Shown: one piece after another, positions 16,273-26,300 of the stretch
Layout of the letters: every line of letters begins with the position of its first letter
How positions within the stretch are numbered: the first letter of the stretch is position 1
Origin: Terriglobia bacterium
Lineage (GTDB): Bacteria; Acidobacteriota; Terriglobia; 2-12-FULL-54-10
NCBI GenBank assembly: GCA_963666975.2
Contig: CAXVYR010000003.1
Span: forward strand, 672,001-736,000
Direction of reading: 5' to 3'
DNA: 64,000 nucleotides
Notes under the pieces: generated by a model
Seen by the model: only the letters and a program-made list of their open reading frames with translations
Told to the model about the DNA's origin: nothing
Database searches by the model: none
Position numbers and translations under genes: made by a program

Positions 16273-18195
16273 CTACCGGGGAGAGTTTCCCCAGGGGCTA
16301 TAGCCATCCGGGAATTGATACCCCACCGGCTCCATGCCCTGTCTCCGGGCGAAACCTGCGCCCAAGTACCTGACCTCGCCGCCAACCACGGTCATCTGCG
16401 GCACGATGTTGGGTATCTCATCGATCGGGATCGTGAAGTAGTCCTTATCGAGGACCAGTAAATCGGCCAGCTTCCCTACCTCTAATGAGCCGAGCTTGTC
16501 TTCCTTCAACACATACTCGGAGGCCCAATTCGTCCACATCTTGAGGATGGTCATCCGGCTCACAGCTTCATCCGGCAGGACTTTGCCTCCCTTGTAAACG
16601 CCCTCCAGAGCACCCACCTCACGCGTCATGAAAACCTTCCACAGGTAACCGATCCGGCGGTAGGAGTGGTTTTGTCCGACTACCCTGATGCCCGAATTGA
16701 TCCATGTCTTTACGGGCAGCAAGAAGGGGTTCATCTGCTCGCCATAGTCCCGCAAATAATCCGGATACCGCAGCAGGCGGGGCGGTCCGGCACTGACGAT
16801 GATGCCGAACTTTTTCAAATTCTCCATTACATCCGGCACTTGGCCGAGCACGGTGGCGTGCTCCACCGTCAGCCTCAGCTGGCGTATGTCCTCGACTGTC
16901 CTTCCGGTATTCTGCCGGGCCATTTCCACCATCTGCATGAAGCGCCGGACGCCGTCGCTGCCCAAGCCGTGAATGCCGGCCAGCCGCCAACCCGCTTCCA
17001 GGGCATTTTGCAAAGTATCCCAGAACATATCGCCCGGTTCCAGGCAGAGTTCCCGAGCCTTGATCTCTGGCGGCGCTTCGACATCGTCTCCGAGGCAGGC
17101 CATGGGGAAAGAGGTGTCCCACCTTACCGAGGCGACCCCGTGAATCCACAGGTAGTCGTTGCCGAGACCCGTCAGATTGCCGGTCAGCTTGTAAAACTCC
17201 CGCGTGTATTCCGGATTATTGGGATTCCGATGGACCTCATACAGAGATGCGAAGCGGATGGGCATTTTCTCTTCCCGGTTCAGCAGCGCAAAACCGTCCA
17301 TGACCAATGGATGGGGAACGCGGGAGCTGAAAGTAGTCACGCCATGAGAGGCCGCCTCTTCCAGAACCCGCCGGAACATCTCGGCGATCAGGCTGATGGG
17401 CTTGTCCTTATAAAAGATCTCCCACTTGATCGCGGCCATCTCTTGCGAGCCCACTTCGCCGCTGGTGGATGCATCGGAATCTCCGGTGGACTGGTTGATG
17501 AAATCCAGGTAATCCGGCATCACAGCCTTGGCCTCTTCCATAGCCTTGGTATTGAGAGAGCCCCGGATGCCTCCCTGCACGATGACCGGGTTCTCCGGCG
17601 AGATCCGGTCCAGGCGTTCAGCCGTCTCCAGCTTGTCGGCGGCAAACCAGGCAACCCCCCGGTTGCTGCTGACCCCTTCGTCGCGGTTGGGCCGGACCCC
17701 GACCGTAACCCAGTCGCCCGGATCAACTTTCTCAACGGCATCCTTGATGCCGTTTTCAATCTTCAGCCGGGTTGATTCCATATCTCGGGCTGCCTGGATG
17801 GTGAGGTTGACTCCCTTATGGGGCGTCGGCAACCCCATTTGAGTGCCAAGCTGCCCGCCGCCAAACAGGTGGACGTGCGACTCGATGATGCCCGGAATGA
17901 GGGTCTTGCCTCCGAGATCAATCGATTTAGTATTGGAATCCGCCATGGTCCGGATTCGCGCGCTCGTGCCGACGGCGATAATCTTGTTCCCTTTGACCGC
18001 GATCGCTTCATAGACGTTTCCAGGGTTTTCATTCAACCCGGTGTCATCCATGCTGACGACCTTGCCGTTATAGGCGATGATATCCGCGTATCCGTGCCGT
18101 GCCACTTCCGGCGGCAGCGCGCTTTGCGCGCGGACCAGAGGCGCAGCCCATGGAGATAGGAACAGCGCCATAGACGCTATCCAGAGATTTCGCAT
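16273..18195 (-). CDS. Exported amidohydrolase 3 family protein
   Basis: Start MRNLWIAS after RBS GGAGAGG; PGIIESHVH, VEH, GSLEVGKLADLLVLD. Confidence 0.9.
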   Translation of the reverse strand: MRNLWIASMALFLSPWAAPLVRAQSALPPEVARHGYADIIAYNGKVVSMDDTGLNENPGNVYEAIAVKGNKIIAVGTSARIRTMADSNTKSIDLGGKTLIPGIIESHVHLFGGGQLGTQMGLPTPHKGVNLTIQAARDMESTRLKIENGIKDAVEKVDPGDWVTVGVRPNRDEGVSSNRGVAWFAADKLETAERLDRISPENPVIVQGGIRGSLNTKAMEEAKAVMPDYLDFINQSTGDSDASTSGEVGSQEMAAIKWEIFYKDKPISLIAEMFRRVLEEAASHGVTTFSSRVPHPLVMDGFALLNREEKMPIRFASLYEVHRNPNNPEYTREFYKLTGNLTGLGNDYLWIHGVASVRWDTSFPMACLGDDVEAPPEIKARELCLEPGDMFWDTLQNALEAGWRLAGIHGLGSDGVRRFMQMVEMARQNTGRTVEDIRQLRLTVEHATVLGQVPDVMENLKKFGIIVSAGPPRLLRYPDYLRDYGEQMNPFLLPVKTWINSGIRVVGQNHSYRRIGYLWKVFMTREVGALEGVYKGGKVLPDEAVSRMTILKMWTNWASEYVLKEDKLGSLEVGKLADLLVLDKDYFTIPIDEIPNIVPQMTVVGGEVRYLGAGFARRQGMEPVGYQFPDGYSPWGNSPR

Positions 18196-18360
18196 ACTTT
18201 CTCCTCTCCCAATTTTTGGTGCTGATAATATTTTGCGGCGATTATAGGACCCCTTTTTGCGGAAAGCAAGAAAGGATTGCAGGCCAGGAGCGGGTCCTAA
18301 CTGCTTTGAAAAAAACCACTTGCCGGCGCAAAGAGAAATACCTGCCTTTGCCTGCCTTGG

Positions 18361-18389
18361 TTGACACAACTCTGGTCGAAAGCTAAAAT
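18361..18389 (+). promoter_or_regulatory. Sigma70 promoter of the cys operon
   Basis: TTGACA-17 bp-TAAAAT. Confidence 0.7.
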
Positions 18390-18487
18390 AGAAGACTAAC
18401 GCAAAGTGAGCGCAAGCCTGACAGCTCTCCCGTAACGAAATACGGTTCAATCGGTTAGGCACAACACCTTCAGGCTCTCAACATCGT

Positions 18488-19438
18488 ATGGCCATTCGAA
18501 TGGCGGTAGCAAAGAAGCCCCAAAAGGCGGAACTCGGCGGCTCCGTGTTGGGTTACGTGGGCAACACGCCACTGCTGAAGTTAAGCCGGATTGCGCGGCA
18601 GTATAGTCCTGTTGAAATTTTTGCCAAGGCGGAGTGGTTCAATCCGGGCGGATCGGTCAAGGACCGCCCCGCGTTACATATGATTTTAGAGGGCGAGCGC
18701 TCCGGCGCCTTGCAGCCCGGCAAAGTGATTCTGGATGCGACCAGCGGCAATACCGGCATCGCCTATGCAATGATCGGCGCAGTGCGCGGGTATCCAGTGA
18801 AGCTCTGCCTGCCTGCCAACGCCAGCCGAGAGCGAAAGGATATCCTGAACGCCTACGGGGCAGAGTTGGTTTTGACTGATCCGGCGCTGGCTACAGATGG
18901 AGCCATTCAGGAAGCACGGGCATTGTACGAAAAAGACCCGGAGCGGTACTTTTATCCGGATCAATACAACAACGATGCGAACTGGAAAGCCCACTACCAG
19001 AGCACCGGCCCGGAGATTCTCCAGCAAACGGATGGAAAGGTGACGCATTTCGTAGCCGGCCTCGGAACCAGCGGAACCTTCATGGGAACGGGCCGCCGGC
19101 TCCGCGAAGCGAATCCCGCGATTCACCTGATCTCCTTTCAGCCGGACTCCGGATTTCACGGTCTGGAAGGGCTCAAGCACATGGGCACCGCGCTGGTGCC
19201 CGGCTTTTACGATCCTTCCCTGGCCGACGAAAATCTGGAAGTTTCCACAGAGGAAGCGCACCGGCTGGTGCGCGATTTGGCGCGGGAGGAAGGCATACTC
19301 GCGGGGATATCGAGCGGCGCCTCCCTGGCCGCTTGCTTTCAGGTGGCCGGCCGTTTGCGCAAAGGAAAGATCGTCACCATCTTCCCGGACGCTGGCGACA
19401 AATACCTGAGCGAAAACTTTTGGCGAGAGCAGGAGTAG
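18488..19438 (+). CDS. cysM: PLP-dependent cysteine synthase (sulfur-carrier type by context)
   Basis: NPGGSVKDR, ATSGNTG, GLGTSGT. Confidence 0.9.
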   Translation: MAIRMAVAKKPQKAELGGSVLGYVGNTPLLKLSRIARQYSPVEIFAKAEWFNPGGSVKDRPALHMILEGERSGALQPGKVILDATSGNTGIAYAMIGAVRGYPVKLCLPANASRERKDILNAYGAELVLTDPALATDGAIQEARALYEKDPERYFYPDQYNNDANWKAHYQSTGPEILQQTDGKVTHFVAGLGTSGTFMGTGRRLREANPAIHLISFQPDSGFHGLEGLKHMGTALVPGFYDPSLADENLEVSTEEAHRLVRDLAREEGILAGISSGASLAACFQVAGRLRKGKIVTIFPDAGDKYLSENFWREQE

Positions 19439-19492
19439 CTCGTTAGCGTCCCCTTACAGTTTGCACGTCATTTCAACAAACGGTAATTCCTC

Positions 19493-19951
19493 ATGGCTTT
19501 TGAACTGCAACGAAAAGAATTGGAACGAATCGAAAAAGAAGGGGTCGCGTCCTATCCCGAAGAATGTTGTGGCATGCTGTTAGGAAAGGAGCAGGACGGG
19601 CGCAAGGTGCTCTCTGATATTCTGCCTCTGAACAATGCCCGCGAGGATTCCCCCCGCAACCGGTTCTTGATTTTACCCGAGGACTTTGTGCGGGGCGAGC
19701 GCGAAGCGCGGGCGCGCGGTCTGGATATTTTGGGATTTTATCACTCCCACCCGGACCATCCTGCCCGGCCCTCTGATTACGACCGGGAACACGCCTGGCC
19801 CTGGTATACTTATTTGATCCTCGCAGTGGAGAAGGGCCAGCCGCGAGATATGACCGGCTGGTTGCTGTCCGATGAACGGGCGAGCTTTCTCCCCGAGGAG
19901 ATGACCATCTCTGACGAGGGGACCAAATTCGAAGCACGATCAGGAACTTAA
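19493..19951 (+). CDS. mec: JAB/M67 peptidase, Mec-like
   Basis: YPEECCG and YHSHPDHPARPSDYD JAMM motif. Confidence 0.9.
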   Translation: MAFELQRKELERIEKEGVASYPEECCGMLLGKEQDGRKVLSDILPLNNAREDSPRNRFLILPEDFVRGEREARARGLDILGFYHSHPDHPARPSDYDREHAWPWYTYLILAVEKGQPRDMTGWLLSDERASFLPEEMTISDEGTKFEARSGT

Positions 19952-19963
19952 GGAGCCTTCTGG

Positions 19964-20320
19964 ATGAGTGTGAAAGTGATTATCCCCGCCCCGCTGCGAC
20001 AGTACGCGGGAAAAAGCGACAGCGTCCTGGTGGACGGCCAAACCGTGGACGAGGTGTTGCAAAACCTGACGGAGCGCTATGGAGATTTGCGCAAACACCT
20101 CTACAGCGACGAGGGAAAACTCCGCAGCTTTGTGAACATCTATCGCAATGATGAAGACATCCGCTACCTGGACAAAGGGAGCACCGCCGTGAAGGAAACC
20201 GACGTGCTGAGCATCGTCCCCTCCATTGCCGGCGGCGGTCCGGTCGGTCCAGGCGCCCCCGCGATGGCGGGCGGACTTTCCCTGTTGATGAAAGCATATT
20301 GTGAAAGGAAGATGAGATGA
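19964..20320 (+). CDS. Ubiquitin-like sulfur carrier (CysO/MoaD/ThiS) with a C-terminal extension
   Basis: VKVIIPAPLRQY...LRSFVNIYRNDEDIR...IVPSIAGG followed by 27 extra residues. Confidence 0.88.
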   Translation: MSVKVIIPAPLRQYAGKSDSVLVDGQTVDEVLQNLTERYGDLRKHLYSDEGKLRSFVNIYRNDEDIRYLDKGSTAVKETDVLSIVPSIAGGGPVGPGAPAMAGGLSLLMKAYCERKMR

Positions 20321-21501
20321 ACCCGATCACCCAGTTTGCCGCGGAGAGAAAAACCGCAAAACTCTCGAATGATGAAATTCTGCGCTACAGCCGGCATCTG
20401 ATCATGCCGGAAGTGGGCATGGAAGGGCAGCTCAAACTGAAGCAGGCCAAAGTGCTGTTGATCGGGGCCGGCGGCCTGGGAGCGCCGCTGGGGCTGTACC
20501 TGGCTGCGGCAGGCGTCGGCAAGCTGGGGCTGGTGGATTTTGACGTGGTCGATTTCACCAACCTGCAGCGGCAAATCATCCATTCCACCGAGACCGTGGG
20601 GAAGCCTAAGTTGCAGTCGGCCCGGGACCGTCTTTCCGGGCTGAATCCGCACATCGAAATTGAAACCTACGAAACGGCTCTCTCCTCCCAAAACGCCCTC
20701 GGCTTGTTTCAGGACTACGACATCGTGGCTGACGGGACAGACAACTTCCCCACCCGCTACCTGGTAAACGACGCCTGCGTGCTGCTCGGTAAGCCGAACG
20801 TCTACGGCAGCATCTTTCGATTTGAAGGACAGGCATCCGTGTTTGCCACCCAAGATGGCCCTTGCTACCGCTGCCTGTATCCGGAGCCGCCACCGCCCGG
20901 CTTGGTGCCGAGTTGCGCCGAGGGCGGGGTGCTCGGAATTCTACCCGGACTCATCGGGGTGGTGCAGGCCACGGAAGTGGTCAAGCTGATCATGGGAAAT
21001 GGCACCTCACTGGCTGGACGGCTGCTGCTCTATGACGCTCTGGAGATGAAGTTCCGTGAGTTGAAATTGCGCAAGGATCCGGAGTGCCCTATCTGCGGGC
21101 CGAATCGCACCATCCACGAGCTGATTGATTACAACCAATTCTGCGGAATCACGCCGGAGCCTCCTCCGCCTCCCGGACTGACCGAGTTTGAACTCGACCC
21201 GCAGGATGTGAAGAAGAAGATGGACCGGAAGGACGATTTCTTTTTGCTGGATGTGCGCGAGCCGCACGAGGTGGAAATCTGCACGATACCCGGCTCACAT
21301 CTGATTCCATTAGGCCAGGTGACGGCTCGAGTGAATGAGCTGAACTCGGCCGATGAGATCGTCGTCTATTGCCGCAGCGGCAAGCGCAGCGGGCAGGCCG
21401 TAGAATTCCTCAAGACGGCCGGCTTCCGGAAGGTGAAAAATATGCGTGGCGGCATTCTGGCCTGGAGCGATGAAGTTGACCCTTTGGTGCCGAAGTACTG
21501 A
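20317..21501 (+). CDS. moeB: E1-like adenylyltransferase-rhodanese (MoeB/MoeZ)
   Basis: RYSRHL, GAGGLG, SNLQRQ-like TNLQRQ, CYRC, CPIC, rhodanese CRSGKR. Confidence 0.95.
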   Translation: MNPITQFAAERKTAKLSNDEILRYSRHLIMPEVGMEGQLKLKQAKVLLIGAGGLGAPLGLYLAAAGVGKLGLVDFDVVDFTNLQRQIIHSTETVGKPKLQSARDRLSGLNPHIEIETYETALSSQNALGLFQDYDIVADGTDNFPTRYLVNDACVLLGKPNVYGSIFRFEGQASVFATQDGPCYRCLYPEPPPPGLVPSCAEGGVLGILPGLIGVVQATEVVKLIMGNGTSLAGRLLLYDALEMKFRELKLRKDPECPICGPNRTIHELIDYNQFCGITPEPPPPPGLTEFELDPQDVKKKMDRKDDFFLLDVREPHEVEICTIPGSHLIPLGQVTARVNELNSADEIVVYCRSGKRSGQAVEFLKTAGFRKVKNMRGGILAWSDEVDPLVPKY

Positions 21502-21591
21502 GGGACGGTCTTTCCGTTCTATTCCTCGAATTAAAAAAAGCAGGAAGGCGCTTCTATCTTCTATTTTCATCGTTCAGATGGAAGCGCTGCT

Positions 21592-22107
21592 TTACTGAAT
21601 CTCCAGGGAGATGAGTTGCCATTGGGGAGCCCCCTGATTCCAGGAAAGGGGAAGCCGGTCCATCCGCAATTGAAAATCTCTTGCTTCGCTTGGCGCTAAG
21701 GGCGCGGACGTTGAACGCAACACTTCGCGATCCTCCTTCAGGACAACCTGGCTCAGAACATCGTAAAAGAACAGACGAACCACCAACTGCCGCACGGCTT
21801 TTGATCCGTTGTTGGTAATTTTTCCGTCCAAATAAACGACCTCCTGACCGAGGAAGTTCGCCTCCGCGCTCATCCTCAGTTCGGTAAGGCTCACCTGTGA
21901 AGCGTATGCAAGAGCATCCTCGGTGAGCGGCTGCGGTGGCTCCGTGGCCTGCTGGCGGCCACTCAGCAGGAAGAGCGCAATTACTACAAGCGCCGCAAAA
22001 ATTCCTCCGGCCAACACTGGAATCGAGATGGCAGCTTTTTCTTTGCCGGTCTTGCCGGGGTCGGGCGCAGGTTCTGGAGCGGCTATTGGAACGGGATCGT
22101 CTGCCAT
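21592..22107 (-). CDS. Single-TM protein with an Ig-like (FxLYD/DUF3426-like) domain
   Basis: TM helix, then YLDGKITNNG...VRLFFYD...PLAPSEARDF. Confidence 0.7.
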   Translation of the reverse strand: MADDPVPIAAPEPAPDPGKTGKEKAAISIPVLAGGIFAALVVIALFLLSGRQQATEPPQPLTEDALAYASQVSLTELRMSAEANFLGQEVVYLDGKITNNGSKAVRQLVVRLFFYDVLSQVVLKEDREVLRSTSAPLAPSEARDFQLRMDRLPLSWNQGAPQWQLISLEIQ

Positions 22108-22108
22108 A

Positions 22109-24355
22109 CTACACCCGCTCCAGCCTGGCATATTTTTCCACCAACTTCTTCAGTCCTATGCCGGGAAAACTCACTGTCAACTTTGCCTCTTCTCCCTCGC
22201 CTTCGCGCCGCAGCACAGTGCCATAACCGTATTTCGGGTGGCGCACACGGCTTCCCGGCACAAATCCGGAGAATGCCCCACGCGGTTTGGAAGCAGCCGG
22301 TTTGGATTCTCCCCGAGAACCGAAATATCGATGTACATTTCCTACCGAGGCCTGTTGTACGGCCATTCCCTCCAACTCCGCAGGGTCGTACTCATAAACG
22401 CGCTCACTACTCGGGGAAGCAGCGGAGGACGGCCCGGAGGATAAATTCTCCAGTAGGTGTTCCGGTATCTCGCTTAAAAACCGGGAGGGCATCGAAAGCT
22501 CCGGCATCTGGCTTCCATAGTGTCTCCGCGATTCGGCCCGCGTGAGGATCAGGATATCCTGCGCGCGCGTCATCCCCACATAGCAGAGACGGCGCTCCTC
22601 TTCCAAAGCATTCTCGCTCGGCAAGGAGCGATTGTGCGGCAGCAGCCCCTCTTCCAGCCCTCCCATGAAGACCGCCGGGAACTCCAGCCCCTTGGCGCTG
22701 TGCAGCGTCATCAGAGTAATCAAGGCTTCTTCATCGAAACCGTCCGTGTCACTGACCAGGGCGGCGTGGTCCAGAAATTCCGCCAAGTTTTCACCGCGCT
22801 CCATGCTGTCGGTGGCGGCATTCAGCAATTCCTGGATGTTTTCGATCCGTCCCAAGGCTTCCGGCGTTCCTTCTTCCTCCAGCAGCGCCGTGTAGCGAGT
22901 ACGATCGATGATGGTGCGTAGCATCTCCAGAACATTCTCTTCCATGGCCGCCTTGCGCAGTCCCTCCATCAGACTGTGGAAAGCTTTCAGGGCGGAAGCG
23001 GCGCGGGTCGGGAAGAGGTCCTTCTCGACAGCCTGCCGCAGCCCGTCCCAAAGAGAGAGACCATTCTCGAGAGCCAGCTCCTCCAGTTTCCGAACCGTTT
23101 TCTGCCCGATGCCCCGAGGAGGAGAATTGATGATGCGCAACAGGCTGACCGGGTCCTGCGGGTTGGCGGCAGCTTTCAAGTAAGCCAGCAGGTCCTTGAC
23201 CTCGGCGCGCTCGTAAAAACTGATGCCGCCTACCACGCTGTACTTCAGCCCGTAACGGCGCAACGCCTCCTCATAGAGCCGGGACTGCGCATTGGTGCGA
23301 TAGAGGATGGCAGCTTTTTCGCCGGTCTGGCCGCGCTGGCGTTTGGCGATCCAGTCAGCGACAAACAAACTCTCATTCTCAGCGTCCGGCCCCTCATAAA
23401 AACCAATCTTCTGCCCTCCGTCCCGCGCCGTCCAAAGCGCTTTTCCCTTGCGATAACGGTTGTTGGCGACCACGGAAGCAGCTGCATCCAGAATGTTCTG
23501 AGTGGAGCGATAGTTCTGTTCCAAGCGAATGATGTGGGCCTGGGGATAGTCCTTTTCAAACTCCACAATGTTGCGGATGTCCGCGCCGCGCCAGGAATAG
23601 ATTGACTGGTCCTCATCGCCGACCACGCACAGGTTCTGCTGCGTCTGGGTCAGCAACCGCACTAATTCGTACTGCGCACGGTTGGTGTCCTGATATTCAT
23701 CCACCAGGATGTAGCGAAATCGCTCGTTATATTTCAGCGCGGCTTCGGAGTCCTCTTCCAACAGGCGCACGGCCTCCAGCAGCAGGTCGTCGAAGTCCAC
23801 CGCGCGTGCCTGTTTCAACGCCTTGGTATAAAGGCTATACACAACCGCTACTTTTTCGCTCAGTGGATCGGTCGTTGCCTCGAAAAATTCTTCCGGGTTG
23901 CGGCCGTGGTTTTTGGCATGACTGATGCGCGAGAGCACACCACGCGGCTTCATCTCCCGGTCGGATAGGCCCAGTTGCCGCATGCATGCTTTCACCACCG
24001 CCAATTGGTCCGACTCGTCATAGATCGAAAAGTCCCGGCTCAATCCGATGCGGGAACCGTCCTGGCGGAGCAGCCGCACACAAAAAGAATGGAAGGTCGA
24101 AATCCAGGGTTGGACTGCTCGCGGCGCCCGGATAAGGCGCTCGATGCGGTCGCGCATCTCCTGGGCGGCTTTATTGGTGAAGGTCACCGCCAGCAGGCGG
24201 TCGGGCGATATGCCGCAAGAATTGATCAGATGGGCAATGCGATAGGTAATCACCCGCGTCTTGCCGCTCCCCGCCCCGGCCAGGATCAGCAGTGGTCCCT
24301 CTGTAGCTTCTACCGCCTCCCGTTGCTGAGGATTCAGTTGGTCTAATATGCTCAT
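22109..24355 (-). CDS. pcrA: ATP-dependent DNA helicase PcrA/UvrD
   Basis: AGAGSGKT, DEYQD, VGDEDQSIY, HSAKGLEF, EERRLCYV, C-terminal Tudor-like RVRHPKYG. Confidence 0.97.
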   Translation of the reverse strand: MSILDQLNPQQREAVEATEGPLLILAGAGSGKTRVITYRIAHLINSCGISPDRLLAVTFTNKAAQEMRDRIERLIRAPRAVQPWISTFHSFCVRLLRQDGSRIGLSRDFSIYDESDQLAVVKACMRQLGLSDREMKPRGVLSRISHAKNHGRNPEEFFEATTDPLSEKVAVVYSLYTKALKQARAVDFDDLLLEAVRLLEEDSEAALKYNERFRYILVDEYQDTNRAQYELVRLLTQTQQNLCVVGDEDQSIYSWRGADIRNIVEFEKDYPQAHIIRLEQNYRSTQNILDAAASVVANNRYRKGKALWTARDGGQKIGFYEGPDAENESLFVADWIAKRQRGQTGEKAAILYRTNAQSRLYEEALRRYGLKYSVVGGISFYERAEVKDLLAYLKAAANPQDPVSLLRIINSPPRGIGQKTVRKLEELALENGLSLWDGLRQAVEKDLFPTRAASALKAFHSLMEGLRKAAMEENVLEMLRTIIDRTRYTALLEEEGTPEALGRIENIQELLNAATDSMERGENLAEFLDHAALVSDTDGFDEEALITLMTLHSAKGLEFPAVFMGGLEEGLLPHNRSLPSENALEEERRLCYVGMTRAQDILILTRAESRRHYGSQMPELSMPSRFLSEIPEHLLENLSSGPSSAASPSSERVYEYDPAELEGMAVQQASVGNVHRYFGSRGESKPAASKPRGAFSGFVPGSRVRHPKYGYGTVLRREGEGEEAKLTVSFPGIGLKKLVEKYARLERV

Positions 24356-24449
24356 CGGTTCGGGAATCTTCCAAAGCATATTCTAAACTGCAATCCAACC
24401 CATCACAAAATCCTTCGAGCTGCGCTTCCCACCGGGGTAGGCGGCTCCC

Positions 24450-24872
24450 TTATATATCAAAGTAAACCACCGCCTCCCAGCCCTCGCCGGTCTCGCGAAC
24501 CGAAAGCTGGTGATAGGTCACGGCCTTGACGACAACCGCATGCTGATACCGCGCCGGGTCGCGTCGTTCTCCCCATCCTTCCCCCTCGATCACTTTGTCG
24601 CCGATCTTCTGAATCCGGAAATCGCGGAAGACCCAGCCCTCCGCATCCATGTAATAGAGAATCTCGCTGAGCCAGTTCACAAGCAGATCTTCGCGGTCTG
24701 CTCCGTGAGCAGTTAGAGGAATGCGTTCCGTGGAACCGGAATCCTGCGCTTCCAGGGCAATGGCTGTCAGGCCGTATCCGCCGTGCACGAACAGTTCCGC
24801 CAGAGTCCGGCCATATACTCTGAGTCCGATATCAGCGGGATGCTCCAGGATTTCAAAGGAAGGCTTGTTCAC
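24450..24872 (-). CDS. Archease
   Basis: EHPADIG, VKAVTYH, C-terminal FDI. Confidence 0.93.
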   Translation of the reverse strand: MNKPSFEILEHPADIGLRVYGRTLAELFVHGGYGLTAIALEAQDSGSTERIPLTAHGADREDLLVNWLSEILYYMDAEGWVFRDFRIQKIGDKVIEGEGWGERRDPARYQHAVVVKAVTYHQLSVRETGEGWEAVVYFDI

Positions 24873-24970
24873 GGGCGGTTCTCCACGACAAAGCCGCTAC
24901 ACAAGTAAAACACAACAAAGCTCGGCGCGGCTGGAAAGAAACCGAGTCGTGGCTGAGTCTAACGAAGCAG

Positions 24971-25750
24971 TCAATCTCCGCACAACTGTAGACGCTCGAT
25001 GCTCAACGCGCGTCCCGAGTCAGGGTCTGCCTGAATGAGGACCGCCGCCAGCCGGACGTCATTCTCAGCCGCCTCAAAACGGGTTGGCATCTGGGTCAGG
25101 AACCTCTGCAGGATGCCCTCTTTGACAATGCCGATGACGGAGTCGTAAGGACCGGTCATGCCGACGTCGGTGATGTAAGCGGTTCCGTTCGGCAGCACCC
25201 TTTCGTCCGCTGTGGGAACGTGCGTATGCGTCCCAACGACCGCCGTGGTTCGTCCGTCCAGATACCATCCCAGGGCCTGCTTTTCCGAGGTCGTCTCGGC
25301 GTGCATGTCCACGATTCTAATTTTGCAAGATGCAGGCAGCTTTTCCATCTCGCGGTCCGCGGTGCGGAAGGGACAGTCTATGGAAGCCATATAGACTCGG
25401 CCTTGCAGATTGATCACGGCATACTCTACGCCCCCCCGGGTTTTCCCCACATAACTGCCATGCCCCAATTCCCCAGGATAGTTGGCGGGACGCAGCAGGC
25501 GGGACTGGCGAGGAAGATACTCCAGAATTTCCTTTCGATCCCAGATGTGGTTGCCGCTGGTCAGCACATCGATATCCAGGGCAAGAAGCTCCTCCGCCAA
25601 GCGGGGAGTGATGCCGAAACCGGCAGCGGCATTTTCGCCGTTCGCCACCACCAGATCCACAGCACGGCTGCTGACCAGATCGGAAAGATGACTGGCCAGC
25701 AGATTCCGTCCCGGCCTGCCAAAAATGTCGCCAATAAAAAGAATGTTCAT
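24971..25750 (-). CDS. ymdB: YmdB/TIGR00282 metallophosphoesterase
   Basis: GDIFG, NGENAAAG, GNHIWD, HAETTSEK, GTHTH, TDVGMTG. Confidence 0.95.
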   Translation of the reverse strand: MNILFIGDIFGRPGRNLLASHLSDLVSSRAVDLVVANGENAAAGFGITPRLAEELLALDIDVLTSGNHIWDRKEILEYLPRQSRLLRPANYPGELGHGSYVGKTRGGVEYAVINLQGRVYMASIDCPFRTADREMEKLPASCKIRIVDMHAETTSEKQALGWYLDGRTTAVVGTHTHVPTADERVLPNGTAYITDVGMTGPYDSVIGIVKEGILQRFLTQMPTRFEAAENDVRLAAVLIQADPDSGRALSIERLQLCGD

Positions 25751-25895
25751 TTAGTTGCCAGCCTCAGCGCGATCCACAGATCGCATTCTCCCTTTTGGAT
25801 ATTGGGCATCCGGACATGGTTTGCAACCAGAAAGGCGCCTCTCGGACTCGATTTTGGCGGCTGGGCTGGGCGGCGGGAGAGCTAAAAAGAAATGT

Positions 25896-26095
25896 GAGCA
25901 GACCGCTCGACCGTGCGTGAACTACTTTTGAACCCGCGTAATACGGGCGGAGGCTCAACGTATCCCTTTAGGCTTCTCTGCCATTCCGCGCCGTCGCGTA
26001 TTAACAGAGCCTGCACACCGGAATCCAATCGACCCTCCATGTTGAAAGCATTAGCTCAAAAGTAATGCACTTACACATGCCTCGCAGTACTGCTC
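25896..26095 (-). ncRNA. ssrS: 6S RNA
   Basis: A ~200-nt long hairpin (GAGCAG/CTGCTC ends; TACTTTTGAGC/GTTCAAAAGTA stem) directly downstream of zapA, the usual position. Confidence 0.85.
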
Positions 26096-26300
26096 CCGGT
26101 CATATTATATCCCTGTTCCACCACGCTCGCTCCACCTTAGAAAATTTCCGGCAGAAGAGCGCAACCGGCGTCTCAACCGGTGGCTCGTTTTGCTGCTTGC
26201 TACCACTTCGCACAAAGCAAGGAACAGGACACCGCCACGGCGGGGTCCGTCGCAGGCTCCTCTGGCGTATTATTCACCGGCGGATAATATTGCGCCAGGG

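Noticed and set aside
18196-18462. N-terminal 89 aa of the 729-aa track ORF
   Set aside because: It overlaps the divergent promoter region; the RBS and signal peptide point to a start at 18195.
18396-18487. SAM riboswitch or Cys-rich leader peptide
   Set aside because: Core SAM motifs are not seen, and the short GTG ORF has no Cys.
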